The position numbers and the translations under genes were made by a program. A stretch of DNA of 64,000 nt, from the NCBI GenBank assembly GCA_017499595.2, contig CM039001.1, positions 2,914,001 through 2,978,000 on the forward strand, read 5' to 3'. The stretch comes from Psilocybe cubensis. Taxonomy: Eukaryota. The notes under the pieces are model-generated. The model saw only the letters and a program-made list of their open reading frames with translations, searched no databases and had not been told where the DNA came from. Below, in pieces: positions 22,840 to 33,678 of the stretch (positions are counted from its first letter, which is position 1; the number at the start of each line of letters is the position of its first letter).

Positions 22840-25800
22840 TGTTGAATATATAATGGGCTGTAGAGCCAGCCTCGTCACGGTTCATCGGTACTATTCAAAA
22901 TTACAAACTATGTACTAGGGTTAAGGTTAATCTACGTAGATACCTCGATCCTGGGTGAGGAACAGCTTTAGTCCTTACCACTAAAGCTGATCCTCCGCCC
23001 AGGTATGTTTCAATGAGAATAGTCCTTACCACTAAAGCTGATCCTCCGCCCAGACCTTATTTAACAGGTTATGGGCCCCGGCTTCACAAATTAAAGCTAT
23101 ACTACATTTAACAGCGCTCCACACCCGTGTTGCAGCCGCTCTCGAGTCTCGAATCCAGTCGAATCCTCTCCATTTTTCTACCATATTACACTCGCTCCAA
23201 TATCTTGTTGAGCTAGAGTATATATAGGCGACGCTCGACCCTGTCGATCTTTCACGATCATAGCAGCAAACTTTGACACCATCATTCCCACACCCATTTA
23301 TGTCGACGTCAGAGGACGCCTCAGTTTCGCGGTTGCCGCTCTCAAAACTCGGAGTAATCAAATACAATGATTGGGAGAAATCAATGTTTGCTCGATTGAT
23401 GTCTTTGGGAGTGATTGGAATTGTAGAGGGCACGGAATTTGCGATCCCCAAGCCAGAGCCACAAACAACAACAACGGCGGCTGGTTCAACCACCACAATG
23501 CCCACTGCTGAGCAAATATCGACATACAACAGCTACGTCAATCGGTGCTACAAGGCAGCGGGAGAGATTTATATGTGGCTTGATGATGGGAACAAGATTC
23601 ACGTCGATGAGATCCGTACGAAACCAAAGGAAATGTGGGACAGATTGAAGGAAATCCACAGTAAATCTGCCCCAAATTCCCGATTTAATTCGCTCAACGA
23701 TCTACTTTCGATTCGTCTTAAGGACGACGAGAGTCTGACAGAAATGTGCACTCGAGTTCAAGGCGCAATGCAGAAAGTCCGTTCCTTGCGACCAACCACT
23801 GGTTATGACATTAACATGCTAGATGACGAACTCGTCATAATGGCTATGATATGCGCACTTCCACGGGAAGAATACTCCTCCTTTATTTCTTCGGTACTCC
23901 TTCTCTCCAAGCTTGATAAGGAATCAGTCCTCGAGGCATTCAGGATCGAAGAGACACAGCGGCAAAGCGCAAAGGACCATCTTGATGCTATAGCAGCTGC
24001 GGCAGCAAGACAAATCAAATGCTACATTTGCGACGGAGATCACATAATGACAGCCTGTCCAAAATACGCAAAAGTAAGAGCGATCGGAAAGGACACCGAC
24101 AACTCCAACTCGTCATCCGCCAGCGGATACCGTGGTAAACGTAGTGGAAATCGTGGAAGAGGACGAGGTGCTGGCTCAGCAAATGCATCATCAGCAGCAT
24201 CGGGAAAGACTCAAGCTTCATCCGCCACTGATTCCAATGCGATAGAAGAAGGATGTGACGGTCCACAGGTTCACGGCAAATCTGCAGTTTGTTTATCTGA
24301 TAGCTCCAGACGACAGCAATCCACTGATTATTCATGGAATGCAGACACTGGCGCCACTGCGCATATGACACCACATCGACACTGGTTCCTATCTGACTAC
24401 AAACCGTGGCGTGTGCCCATTCGTGTTGCAAATGGTCAAACAGTGTACTCAGTTGGGATGGGATCAGTAAAGTTTCAACCAACAACTCGCTCTAGAGCTC
24501 GGATGCGTCCTGTAATTATTACTGGTGTTCTTCATGTACCTTCCCTTGCAAATAATCTGTTATCCGTCCTCACCCTCACGGCCGAGCATGATTTCAAAGT
24601 GCACATATCAAAACATCAACTTGCATTTGTCCGACGAAAAACTCTTATCTTTACTGCATCGATCGACACTACAAAAACTGCATATTTAAATGGGCATGTA
24701 GTCACGTCAAGCCCTGGTGCCGCCAAATTTTCTCATGCTGCGCAGGCAACCATTGTCGATCGAACATTGATTCATCGACGCATGTGTCATCTTGGAAAGG
24801 ACCGAGTCGAACAGATCATAAAGAAGGAGCTTGCGTCTGACTTAAATCTGGGATCTGATTTGCCAATGCCCGACATATGTGAGGCGTGCATTAGTGGAAA
24901 ACAACATCGTCACCCATTTCAGCAAAACACTGAGCGTGCGACGGGCTTGCTAGATCGCATATTCAGCGATTTAAAAGGCCCCATGCCGGTCCGAAGTATG
25001 AACAAATATCTTTATTTCGCAGTGTTTGTCGATGATGCGTCTCGCTATATGGAGGCATACGAGCTGGCAAAGAAGAGTGATCTATTCGCAGCTTTCAAGG
25101 AATTCAAAGCACTGGTTGAAAAACAGACTGGGAAAAAAATTCGGTGCTTCCACAACGACGAAGGCGGCGAGTTTACATCAAATGATCTGCTCAACTTCTG
25201 CAAAAATGAAGGCATTCGAGTGGAGTTTACAACTCGTGCAACTCCCCAGTCAAACGGTGTGGCAGAACGAACTATACGCACAATTTCAGAATCTATCACT
25301 GCTATGAACGCCGAAGCAAATCTTCCCGAAAGCTTCTGGAACTATGCTTTGAATGTCTATCGACATGTGCATAACCGAGCACCCACTTCTGCACTTCCAA
25401 ATGATGTCACTCCGTATGAGCTCTTCAAAGGCCGTAAGCCTAAAATCGGTCACCTTCGAGTTTACGGATGCCGTGCTTATGTTCTGGTTGGACGAGACAA
25501 GCGAAAAAGCCTTCAAGGTCATACAGTAAAAGGGATATTCGTTGGTTACCCAACAAATCACATCGGATGGATGATATATAATCCGTTGACAAAGGAGACC
25601 ATTATATCTAGGGATGTTATCTTCGATGAAAATGTCTTTCCTGGACTATCCAACCCAAAGAACAGTCCAATTGACCCGCTGCCTCTCCCTACTGATTTTC
25701 CAGACGTTGACAACACTGACATTGCTCCCTATGACTCGGACAACGACAATTCATTTCCACCAGTTCCAGCACTTGTGCCTGAAGCGGTGGGAGTACAACT

Positions 25801-28188
25801 TGATCCTGTTAAGCCAAACATTGATGCAGTAATTCCTAATCCTTCAAGGCACCATGAATCTCCACCTCGTGAAATTGCAGAGAATCAAATCCCAGAACCG
25901 CAACCAATGCGACGATCTCAACGTGATAAGCAACCAGCTGGAAGTATCAATCAAGAGTACTATAATACTGTCCAACGTCAAAAACATAATGAGCAACTAC
26001 GTGCCGAGTTAAATGCCCAAAAGCGACTGCAGACAAGACAGCAGCTAGATACTCCAGTCCAATCGCAAAGTCCATCCAATCCGACAGAAGACCCCAAAGA
26101 GCCATTGTGGGATATTGATGTTGGCCCCGAAGACAAAAATGGTGATCGACTGGTAGACTTCAATCTGAATCTTGCGTCAAACGAGGCACTCATGATGGCT
26201 GGACGAGCATTTGTCGAAAATGGCATTGATTTTGGAGGATACGGAATACTCGCCGTCAACCTCAGTCAACATGCGGCTCTGAAAGTCGGCGCACATGATA
26301 CAAATCCACGCACATACCAAGAGGCAGTAAACAGCGAACATGCAGCCGAATGGTACAAAGCTATGGCAGAGGAGATGAACAACCATAAAAACAATGGGAC
26401 TTGGACGCCAGTCTATTTGCCCGCAGGCGCGAAATCCATAGGCTCTCGTTGGCTATTTAAAGTCAAACACCTGCCCGATGGAGCAATTGACCGCTTCAAA
26501 GCGCGAGTCGTTGCACAAGGATATAGCCAACGCCCTGGCGTAGACTTTGATGAGACATTTGCGCCAACAGCTCGATGGCCAGCCGTGCGTGCAATCCTAG
26601 CAATTGCAGCGATTGAAGATATGCATCTCGAATCAGTAGACGTCACAGCAGCATTTCTCAATAGCAATGCAGATGCAGAACTGTACCTTCGTCTTCCAGA
26701 AGGTGCAGACCGCACCCTCCCATCAGGCACGGTTAAACAGCCTGGAGACGGTCCAATCGTTGGACGCCTCAATAAAGGAATGTACGGACTCAAACAGGGC
26801 GCCTATCTGTGGCACAAACGTCTCAATGAAGTCTTCATATCAATTGGATTTGTGCGTGTCGTCTCCGATCCATGCGTCTACATATATCTACGGGAAAACG
26901 TGCGAGTAATTATCCCAGTACACGTTGACGACATGACTATCGCATCAACAGACCACGATGCCATACTAAACGTGATAAATCAGCTACGAACTCACTTTAA
27001 ACTTCGACATCTTGGCCCAACAGTAGGCCTTCTTGGTGTTCGTATCATACGAGATCGGAAACAGCGATGGCTCACACTTGATCAATGTGCGTATAAAGTG
27101 GATGTATTGGCACGATTTGGAATGCTTGACTGCAATCCAGTCACTACACCAATGGATCCTAACCAAAAGCTACTCAAATCTGACGGCGCAACAACTGTTG
27201 AAGAAAAGGAGGCTATGGCAAAAATACCATATATTCAAGCGACGGGTGCACTGCTATATCTTGCCTTGTGCACACGGCCAGACATAGCATACACGGTGGG
27301 AGTACTGTGTCGCTTCAATTCAAACCCGGGATTAAAGCACTGGGCAGCAGTCAAACATTTACTTCGTTATATTCGAGGAACACTTGACTATCGTATTGAA
27401 TATTCAGCCGAAAAAGCTCTTCCTGGACCACAACTTTTCCGCACATACTCAGACGCAGACCATGGCGGAAACCTGGACAGTGGGAAATCAACATCAGGAT
27501 CCGTGATTATTCTAGCTGGAGGCGCCGTGGACTGGAGCAGCAAAGTCCAATCAATAGTTGCAATGTCAACTACAGAATCAGAGTTTGTTGCCGCAAGCGA
27601 AACCGGAAGGTCTTTATGTTGGATGCGCAACTTTCTTGCCGAGATTGGAACACCTCAATCAGTGCCGTCCGAACTGTTGCTGGATAACAAATCAGCTATA
27701 TCGGTCAGCAAGCACCCCGAACACATGGGAAAGCTCAAGCACCTCGATCGACATTATTTTTGGCTACGCGATGCTGTTTACAACGGAAAGATTACAACTA
27801 TATACATCCCAACTATTGAGATGATCGCGGATATACTCACCAAAGCCCTACCTCGAGACACAGTAGAAAAATTCAGACGGATGATGGGAATCATCGGGGA
27901 ATGGTCCAAGGATTCGATGGACAGCACTTAACACTCGGCTGGCTACCACAACCGGTGGGAGTGTTGAATATATAATGGGCTGTAGAGCCAGCCTCGTCAC
28001 GGTTCATCGGTACTATTCAAAATTACAAACTATGTACTAGGGTTAAGGTTAATCTACGTAGATACCTCGATCCTGGGTGAGGAACAGCTTTAGTCCTTAC
28101 CACTAAAGCTGATCCTCCGCCCAGGTATGTTTCAATGAGAATAGTCCTTACCACTAAAGCTGATCCTCCGCCCAGACCTTATTTAACA
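22840..28188 (+). mobile_element. Full-length Ty1/copia LTR retrotransposon
   Basis: 227-bp TG...CA LTRs at 22840-23066 and 27962-28188, identical by eye; 5-bp TSD CTACA (22835-22839, 28189-28193); PBS GGTTATGGGCCC at 23067; single gag-pol ORF. Confidence 0.98.
23300..27931 (+). CDS. Copia Gag-Pol polyprotein (Gag, CCHC knuckle, protease, integrase, RT, RNase H)
   Basis: CYICDGDHIMTAC; WNADTGATAHM; HRRMCH..CEAC; SDLKGP..NDEGGEF..NGVAER; KARVVAQGYSQRPGVDF; HVDDM; YSDADHGG..ADILTK; integrase lies before RT (copia order); first ATG at 23300. Confidence 0.97.
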   Translation: MSTSEDASVSRLPLSKLGVIKYNDWEKSMFARLMSLGVIGIVEGTEFAIPKPEPQTTTTAAGSTTTMPTAEQISTYNSYVNRCYKAAGEIYMWLDDGNKIHVDEIRTKPKEMWDRLKEIHSKSAPNSRFNSLNDLLSIRLKDDESLTEMCTRVQGAMQKVRSLRPTTGYDINMLDDELVIMAMICALPREEYSSFISSVLLLSKLDKESVLEAFRIEETQRQSAKDHLDAIAAAAARQIKCYICDGDHIMTACPKYAKVRAIGKDTDNSNSSSASGYRGKRSGNRGRGRGAGSANASSAASGKTQASSATDSNAIEEGCDGPQVHGKSAVCLSDSSRRQQSTDYSWNADTGATAHMTPHRHWFLSDYKPWRVPIRVANGQTVYSVGMGSVKFQPTTRSRARMRPVIITGVLHVPSLANNLLSVLTLTAEHDFKVHISKHQLAFVRRKTLIFTASIDTTKTAYLNGHVVTSSPGAAKFSHAAQATIVDRTLIHRRMCHLGKDRVEQIIKKELASDLNLGSDLPMPDICEACISGKQHRHPFQQNTERATGLLDRIFSDLKGPMPVRSMNKYLYFAVFVDDASRYMEAYELAKKSDLFAAFKEFKALVEKQTGKKIRCFHNDEGGEFTSNDLLNFCKNEGIRVEFTTRATPQSNGVAERTIRTISESITAMNAEANLPESFWNYALNVYRHVHNRAPTSALPNDVTPYELFKGRKPKIGHLRVYGCRAYVLVGRDKRKSLQGHTVKGIFVGYPTNHIGWMIYNPLTKETIISRDVIFDENVFPGLSNPKNSPIDPLPLPTDFPDVDNTDIAPYDSDNDNSFPPVPALVPEAVGVQLDPVKPNIDAVIPNPSRHHESPPREIAENQIPEPQPMRRSQRDKQPAGSINQEYYNTVQRQKHNEQLRAELNAQKRLQTRQQLDTPVQSQSPSNPTEDPKEPLWDIDVGPEDKNGDRLVDFNLNLASNEALMMAGRAFVENGIDFGGYGILAVNLSQHAALKVGAHDTNPRTYQEAVNSEHAAEWYKAMAEEMNNHKNNGTWTPVYLPAGAKSIGSRWLFKVKHLPDGAIDRFKARVVAQGYSQRPGVDFDETFAPTARWPAVRAILAIAAIEDMHLESVDVTAAFLNSNADAELYLRLPEGADRTLPSGTVKQPGDGPIVGRLNKGMYGLKQGAYLWHKRLNEVFISIGFVRVVSDPCVYIYLRENVRVIIPVHVDDMTIASTDHDAILNVINQLRTHFKLRHLGPTVGLLGVRIIRDRKQRWLTLDQCAYKVDVLARFGMLDCNPVTTPMDPNQKLLKSDGATTVEEKEAMAKIPYIQATGALLYLALCTRPDIAYTVGVLCRFNSNPGLKHWAAVKHLLRYIRGTLDYRIEYSAEKALPGPQLFRTYSDADHGGNLDSGKSTSGSVIILAGGAVDWSSKVQSIVAMSTTESEFVAASETGRSLCWMRNFLAEIGTPQSVPSELLLDNKSAISVSKHPEHMGKLKHLDRHYFWLRDAVYNGKITTIYIPTIEMIADILTKALPRDTVEKFRRMMGIIGEWSKDSMDST

Positions 28189-28342
28189 CTACAGCCCGCT
28201 GGATGCGCAATTATCAACTCATAAATCACCAAGACAACTAATTGCCATTGCTGTCTGCTTCATATCCATCCAAAAAGTCTGCTCAGCGATTCTAGCCCCT
28301 GGTATTGATACAAACGAATCGACTGGCTGGTTCAATACGGAC

Positions 28343-29128
28343 AGGACCCGGGAAGCTCCCCTAAGGCCTTGTCCGGCCTCGACCCCGAATTTGGCCCTCA
28401 AATCCGCGAGATTTGGGGCCTCAAATCCGCGAAACCGGACAGACCTCCTCAGGGTCCTTCCTAATTAAGAAATTTTCTCCCTGCGGGGCAGCACATTTCT
28501 CCACGTCGTTTTTAACAATATTTTGCTTTAAACAGCGTCTCGCAGTCATAATACACATTGAGAGAAAGAGATAAGTACTAATTACAATGTCTTCCTACCA
28601 GGAATACGTATTTTGAGTAGTGACTCGTTGGCTTTACCAATGGCCTTCTGAATATTTGATCTAGCAAACTTTCTCCACAAGAAAGCTCCCTGAGGACTAA
28701 GAGTTTTCTTTGAGTGATATTCACCATGAAGTGCACAAGATCCAAGGTTGTATATAACGTCGCTAACTCGTGCATGAGTGTGGAGGTAGTATTTCCTTCG
28801 TGGTGGATGTGGTATACAAGTGAAGTCCGGCACGGGGGTTGATGCATCAGCATCATCGTCGTCTGAGTCATGTCCGTCCATAAATTCCTCATCTGGTAAC
28901 TAGATAAACTGATAAAGGATGTATGTGAATGAATTTGTGTAAATAAAAGAAAATCTGACTGCCGCTGGCCACCTCAGGCTGTGGACCCGGCCTCAAATCC
29001 GCAGGCCCCGGACAATGGTTGGCCTGCGGCGCCCTCAAATCCGCGAAAAACGGACAGGGATTTGGCCTTTTTTCGGCCTCAAATCCGCCAAACCCCGGAC
29101 AAGGCCTTAGGGGAGCTTCCCGGGTCCT
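28343..29128. mobile_element. MITE / non-autonomous TIR transposon (786 bp) with an 8-bp TSD
   Basis: Perfect 34-bp TIR AGGACCCGGGAAGCTCCCCTAAGGCCTTGTCCGG; TSD ATACGGAC at 28335-28342 and 29129-29136; repeated subterminal motif CCTCAAATCCGC at both ends. Confidence 0.9.
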
Positions 29129-29934
29129 ATACGGACATACTTTCTTTGGTCAGGATTTTGGACAACTGGAATTTACAGTGCCACTTCCGACTCTGTTCAT
29201 TTTTTCCCGAATAATTCCGAACGTCAACGGCGCTCCTGGAACATCGAGTCACGATGGTGGATAAAAACACAATTGCCCTATCAATTTTCTCAATTCTGCT
29301 CGGTGGTGTTGGCTTTACTTCATGACCATAACTGTATGCTCTCTTGTCTTTCTCACTCAAAAAATTATCTACCCACTCAGCAGATGCTCATTGACGATTG
29401 CGGCAGGTTGATTTTACACCAGGCCCTACATTTTCTTGATAACCAAAACTTTCGGGACTCGATGTCTCAAATTGTACCTTCTTCGTATTGATCACGTCTG
29501 CCAAATGAATAAATTTCTCTCTTCTCAAAGAAGTCGACCTCTAATATCTCAGGCCAATTTGGTCAGTCTAAAGCTATTCCTCACCGGTTCACACGTGGGG
29601 CATGACGACGTCCTTTCAGCTCTAGGCCATTTCTTTGTCCTCCCTCACTCGGGTCCTACACCTCCCCTCGTGTCCATCGATAACCGATATCTGATTTTCA
29701 CCCGGTCAAAAAAGGCTACCAGATGTGATTATAGCGAGTAGTGATGCCTCGAGGCGTACACGCTGTTCTTATAGCGAGGTGCAAAAATTCAACGCTACAT
29801 CTGTGGTTACCCAAATTTTGCGGAGGTTTGGGCTCAAAAGGTGCACAGAATGGCGGGGGAGTATAGGCAACAAGACATCGTATTGAGAAATTGGGAAAAT
29901 CTTCTGATATTCTCGGGCACATTTACTTGATAAG

Positions 29935-30969
29935 ATGTCTTTCTCCTTCGGTGGTACACCCAACTCTCTCTCTGGACAAATTTTTGACGATTTATCGTTC
30001 ACTTATGCTGGTATGCCTATGATATTTTCGGATGTATTATTTCTCTGACCATGATATCATAGATCGTGATACTGCCTTGAACTTTCCGGGTCACGAGGGC
30101 GCGACACCTTCACTTTCCCCATATTCTCTTGCCTCTTCAGGTATCGACGCGTCCTTTTCCGTCCCTCCTCGTCGCCCAAGCAGCCGTCGTCGCGAACCAG
30201 GACACATCCCTCGCCCTCGTAATGCTTTTATTTTCTTCCGCTCATGGTACATCAACAATATGCATGAGTCCAAGGATGTGAAGCAGAACGAATTGAGCAA
30301 ACAGGCCGGCGAGATATGGAAACACATGTCGGTTGGGGAGAAGAAGCCTTTCTTGCAATATGCCGCTATCGAAAAAGAGCGACACTATGCTATGTTCCCT
30401 GACTACGTCTACTCCCCCAACACGACGACTGCTACCAACAAGAAAGCATCCAAATACAAAGTCTCTCGTGCTACCTCAAGTTCGGTGTCACCGGAGGCGT
30501 CGTCGACTTCGTGGAACCACATTGGCGAGGTCTGTGAAAACTTGTACAAATTTTATCCCCTGTTTCTTATGTTACATCGCAGGTATTCCATTCAGTCGGA
30601 TCCGAAACTCTTTCACCATTCCACGACCATATTGAGCACGTCTCCAATCAACTGGAGTATCAGCAATACACGCAGAACACGTCGTCTGAATGTTTACCTA
30701 CCCTTCCACACTCCTGGTTCAATCAGGGATTGAACGCTGATCTACCATCGATGACTACTCCATTATCTCCAAATCCATCGTCATACCCTCTCTCCGACAC
30801 ACCGTTACCCTTGACATATGATAATCCTTACCTTGGTTTTCTGGACTACACATTCCCTGACGTGTGTTCAGAGGCAGACGGTCTGATGCAACAGTTCATG
30901 GATGACTCGATGGAATGGTTAGAGCTCACCAACCCTGTTTCGGGGTTTTCTGCGAACTTTGGGCAATAG
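29935..30969 (+). CDS. MATA-type HMG-box transcription factor, paralog 2 (3 exons; intron 2 at 30530-30582)
   Basis: MSFSFGGTPNSLSGQIFDDLSFTYA|DRD...HIPRPRNAFIFFRSWY...EKERHYAMFPDYVYSP; same intron positions as paralog 1. Confidence 0.9.
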
Positions 30970-31483
30970 TATTCTACCTCCATGTTTCCACTCTCCCGTT
31001 AATAGATCATAGGTGATGGTCCAGCTCAACATCGATAGGGATTACTAAATAAGATAATACACGTATATCGATTGGCAGATAAGTCACGAAAAGATCAAGA
31101 ACGATATCGATCCCTTTTTCTCTGGAAGCAGAACCTTCGGTGTGAATGCAAGCTCGAGTCACTGCTTGCAATCGGTGCTGTCACTGCTGCGGTGATCTAT
31201 CATACCCGGATTAGGAAGGTCATTTGCCTTGCGATTCCCGTTATGGAAATTATATGAGGAGCCCCTGCAACTTGCGTTCGGCTGAAACACTCGTTCCTCC
31301 TGTTATTTCCCATCGTCAGCCTCGCCGAATGTAATCTATCACTAGATTTTCCCGCCAAATGTCAGAATAGCCGAGGTGCCACTCGAGAAGCTCGTACATC
31401 GAGGTGTGTGTGTAGGTGCACACAACACGTGCGATAGAACAACGAAAACAAAAGATAACAAACACCACACAACCCAGTTCCTC

Positions 31484-31490
31484 TATAAAA
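31484..31490 (+). promoter_or_regulatory. Putative TATA box of the structured ncRNA candidate (mirror at 38869-38875)
   Basis: TATAAAA followed by a pyrimidine tract, ~30 nt upstream of the first hairpin; no credible ORF downstream. Confidence 0.45.
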
Positions 31491-31516
31491 CCCCCCTTCT
31501 TTTCTCCAGAATCCCC

Positions 31517-32286
31517 ATCGCTTCTTGGTTTCCTACCACCATCATATACCTTCAACCAAGGCGGTCAACATACCACCTCCTCACGGCATACTATTACTTT
31601 TAACATCTCAACATCGCTCGGCGTCTAATAGACATACCCCGCCCTTCTACAGGCACGCGACGACGATGGCGACATAATCTGATACCCGCCCTGCACAAAC
31701 AGCATGCGGCGGGTGACTAGGTATCCTCTTCCATCTTTCAACCCTAATACCTGACCACACCGCTTGGTGTTGGCATAGAGCAGGACACTTTGGGCCTCCC
31801 ACCTTTCGTCGATGCACTCCCATCAATCCGCGGTCTGGCCTAACGACTACAAGGTAGCGCGAGGTAGACGTGTGATCTCCGCCGCGAGGCGTTGTACTCC
31901 GATGTCAGTTGTTCCGGGCAGTGAAGGGTAAATTGTTGCTTCACACGTCCATGATACATGCTCGGACGCAACGTTCTCAAGGAGGTCTGGACGGACGAGG
32001 TACTAGATTTCTTCTTTAGGCGCTCACCGGATGGGAGTTAGCTTAAAGGGGGGTCTAGTCGGAGCGGGCCTACTTGCGAAGGCGCTTAGACCGGCACCCG
32101 ATGGGGTGCTCCTTCGTCAAGTTGCGGTCTGTCTTTTTCCGGAGGTGGCACAAAGACTAGTAAGACTCGCCTAGCAGCGCGGAGTCCCTGCTAGCGAGGT
32201 ACGTGAAAATCTTCTGTGACGTGCTTAAACGACTGGCGGTGCCCAGCATGGGTGGACTGCTCGAAGAGAGTATTGGTTGATCAGAG
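31517..32286 (+). ncRNA. Structured non-coding RNA candidate, possibly telomerase RNA (copy A)
   Basis: No ORF of 60 aa or more in 31630-32630; many stems (31517-31565, 31681-31725, 31755-31772, 31921-31944, 31946-31968, 32003-32058, 32094-32109, 32131-32157, 32166-32198); CAACCCTAA at 31739-31747; GTGAGT donor at 32287. Confidence 0.4.
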
Positions 32287-33678
32287 GTGAGTCCTCACCC
32301 TCCTCATCATCAAACTTTGTTTTGATGCAATTCATTCAAGGTCGAGGTTATCTTGCAAGGCGCAACATACCCTCATTGTTAACTATTTTTTCATCATTGT
32401 TTTGTTCCACTTTAAATTGACCGTTCTATCCTTTAGAGTTGCTGCCTGATCAACATGATTTGAAGCCGCTGGCATTGCTATTCGCAAAGCGGATTCTAGG
32501 GGGCGCGACTTCTTGAACTGTTGATTATTTCCGTTTTCTTATCATCCGGAACGACGTCAATTGACCTATCTATTATTCAGAGAAAATCAAGACTCGCAGT
32601 CAATACAAAATTTATATTCCTCGACACGGCGCCCTAACCCATGATTAACTTGCATGTTGCCAACGTCATGCATAACATATACAGATCGTCCCAGTCCATT
32701 GCGATGATATTTCCTACCGTATAATATGCTCCCATCCAAACGAAACACGCATCCAAGGGCAGCCGTGCGGTCCAGTCGGGATATGAAAATTCAGTACGCC
32801 TATTGCACTGAAGGCTTATATGGGTTCGTTTGTTTATGATGTCTACACATCGTACTAACATAGACCTGAATTCTGTAGCTCAACTTAGGCATTAATATTC
32901 TTAATGCACGGCCAACGGCCTCTTCTTGTGCTTCTCAGTTTCGGTTTTTCTCTAATTTGTTTCTACTTTTGCTATCATTTTTTTCCTCTTATCATGCACT
33001 GCATGTTATTCTACTTTGCTTTACTCGCGTATGCCACAAGGCACTGCATCTCTAGTTTTTTCTCATTTCAATCCTCTTAGCCGATCTTGATTCCAGTCCG
33101 CTAGCTATATATCTCGCGAACATACATTTTATTATATGATACAAAATGATTCCTCAAGGCCTTTACTACAGACGCTCTGTTTATTGACATGCATTATAAT
33201 ATCTTTGAGATTTCTAATGAAATATCCCAAAAATATAGTCTGAATGTTTCGAATTAAAAGAATGGCCTGAGGAGGTTTTCAGATGTCTTCGAAGTTCAAA
33301 ATGCAGACAGGCCTCCACACTGGCTTAGCGCGCAATGATGTGCCGCGGCGGGAACTAGCCGCTAGGACAAGTCAAGCGCCGCCAACCCGACTTGTTCTAG
33401 TCACTCTTGAATGCTGATCTGGTTGTGATAGCTTTAATCTTTTTATGGGTATCCATCTCCCATATCATGCTTAGGTTGGTAGCTTGTATCTGCGCACGCT
33501 TACTTGAATTCCGTGGTGGGGCCAAGTGTGCTTGAAGAGATCAGATATCGCAGTAATTAAATTTGGCTTCTTTGCCGGACTCCGTCATGTTCCCATCCAC
33601 GAAATCTTTTCAGTCAGCGACTCTATTCCCGAACACTGCGATTATCTAGAAACTACATCTGGTTGACTATACATCGTT

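Larger units (their letters stand above)
29663..33170 (+). repeat. Left arm of a ~3.5-kb inverted segmental duplication
   Basis: Reverse complement of ~37180-40706 (HMG gene, ncRNA candidate and downstream flank); boundaries approximate. Confidence 0.9.

Noticed and set aside
29716-29922. 68-aa antisense ORF upstream of the HMG genes (also 40446-40652)
   Set aside because: GTG start; it is the antisense shadow of the nucleotide-conserved leader
31316-31628. Short ORFs (70-79 aa) repeated in both duplication arms
   Set aside because: They overlap on both strands, have no recognisable motif, the plus-strand ones start at GTG, and their conservation is explained by the duplication itself
31517-32286. 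RNase P/MRP, SRP, snRNA or hammerhead identity for the structured unit
   Set aside because: I could not find their hallmark motifs by eye; an Rfam scan is needed to exclude them formally
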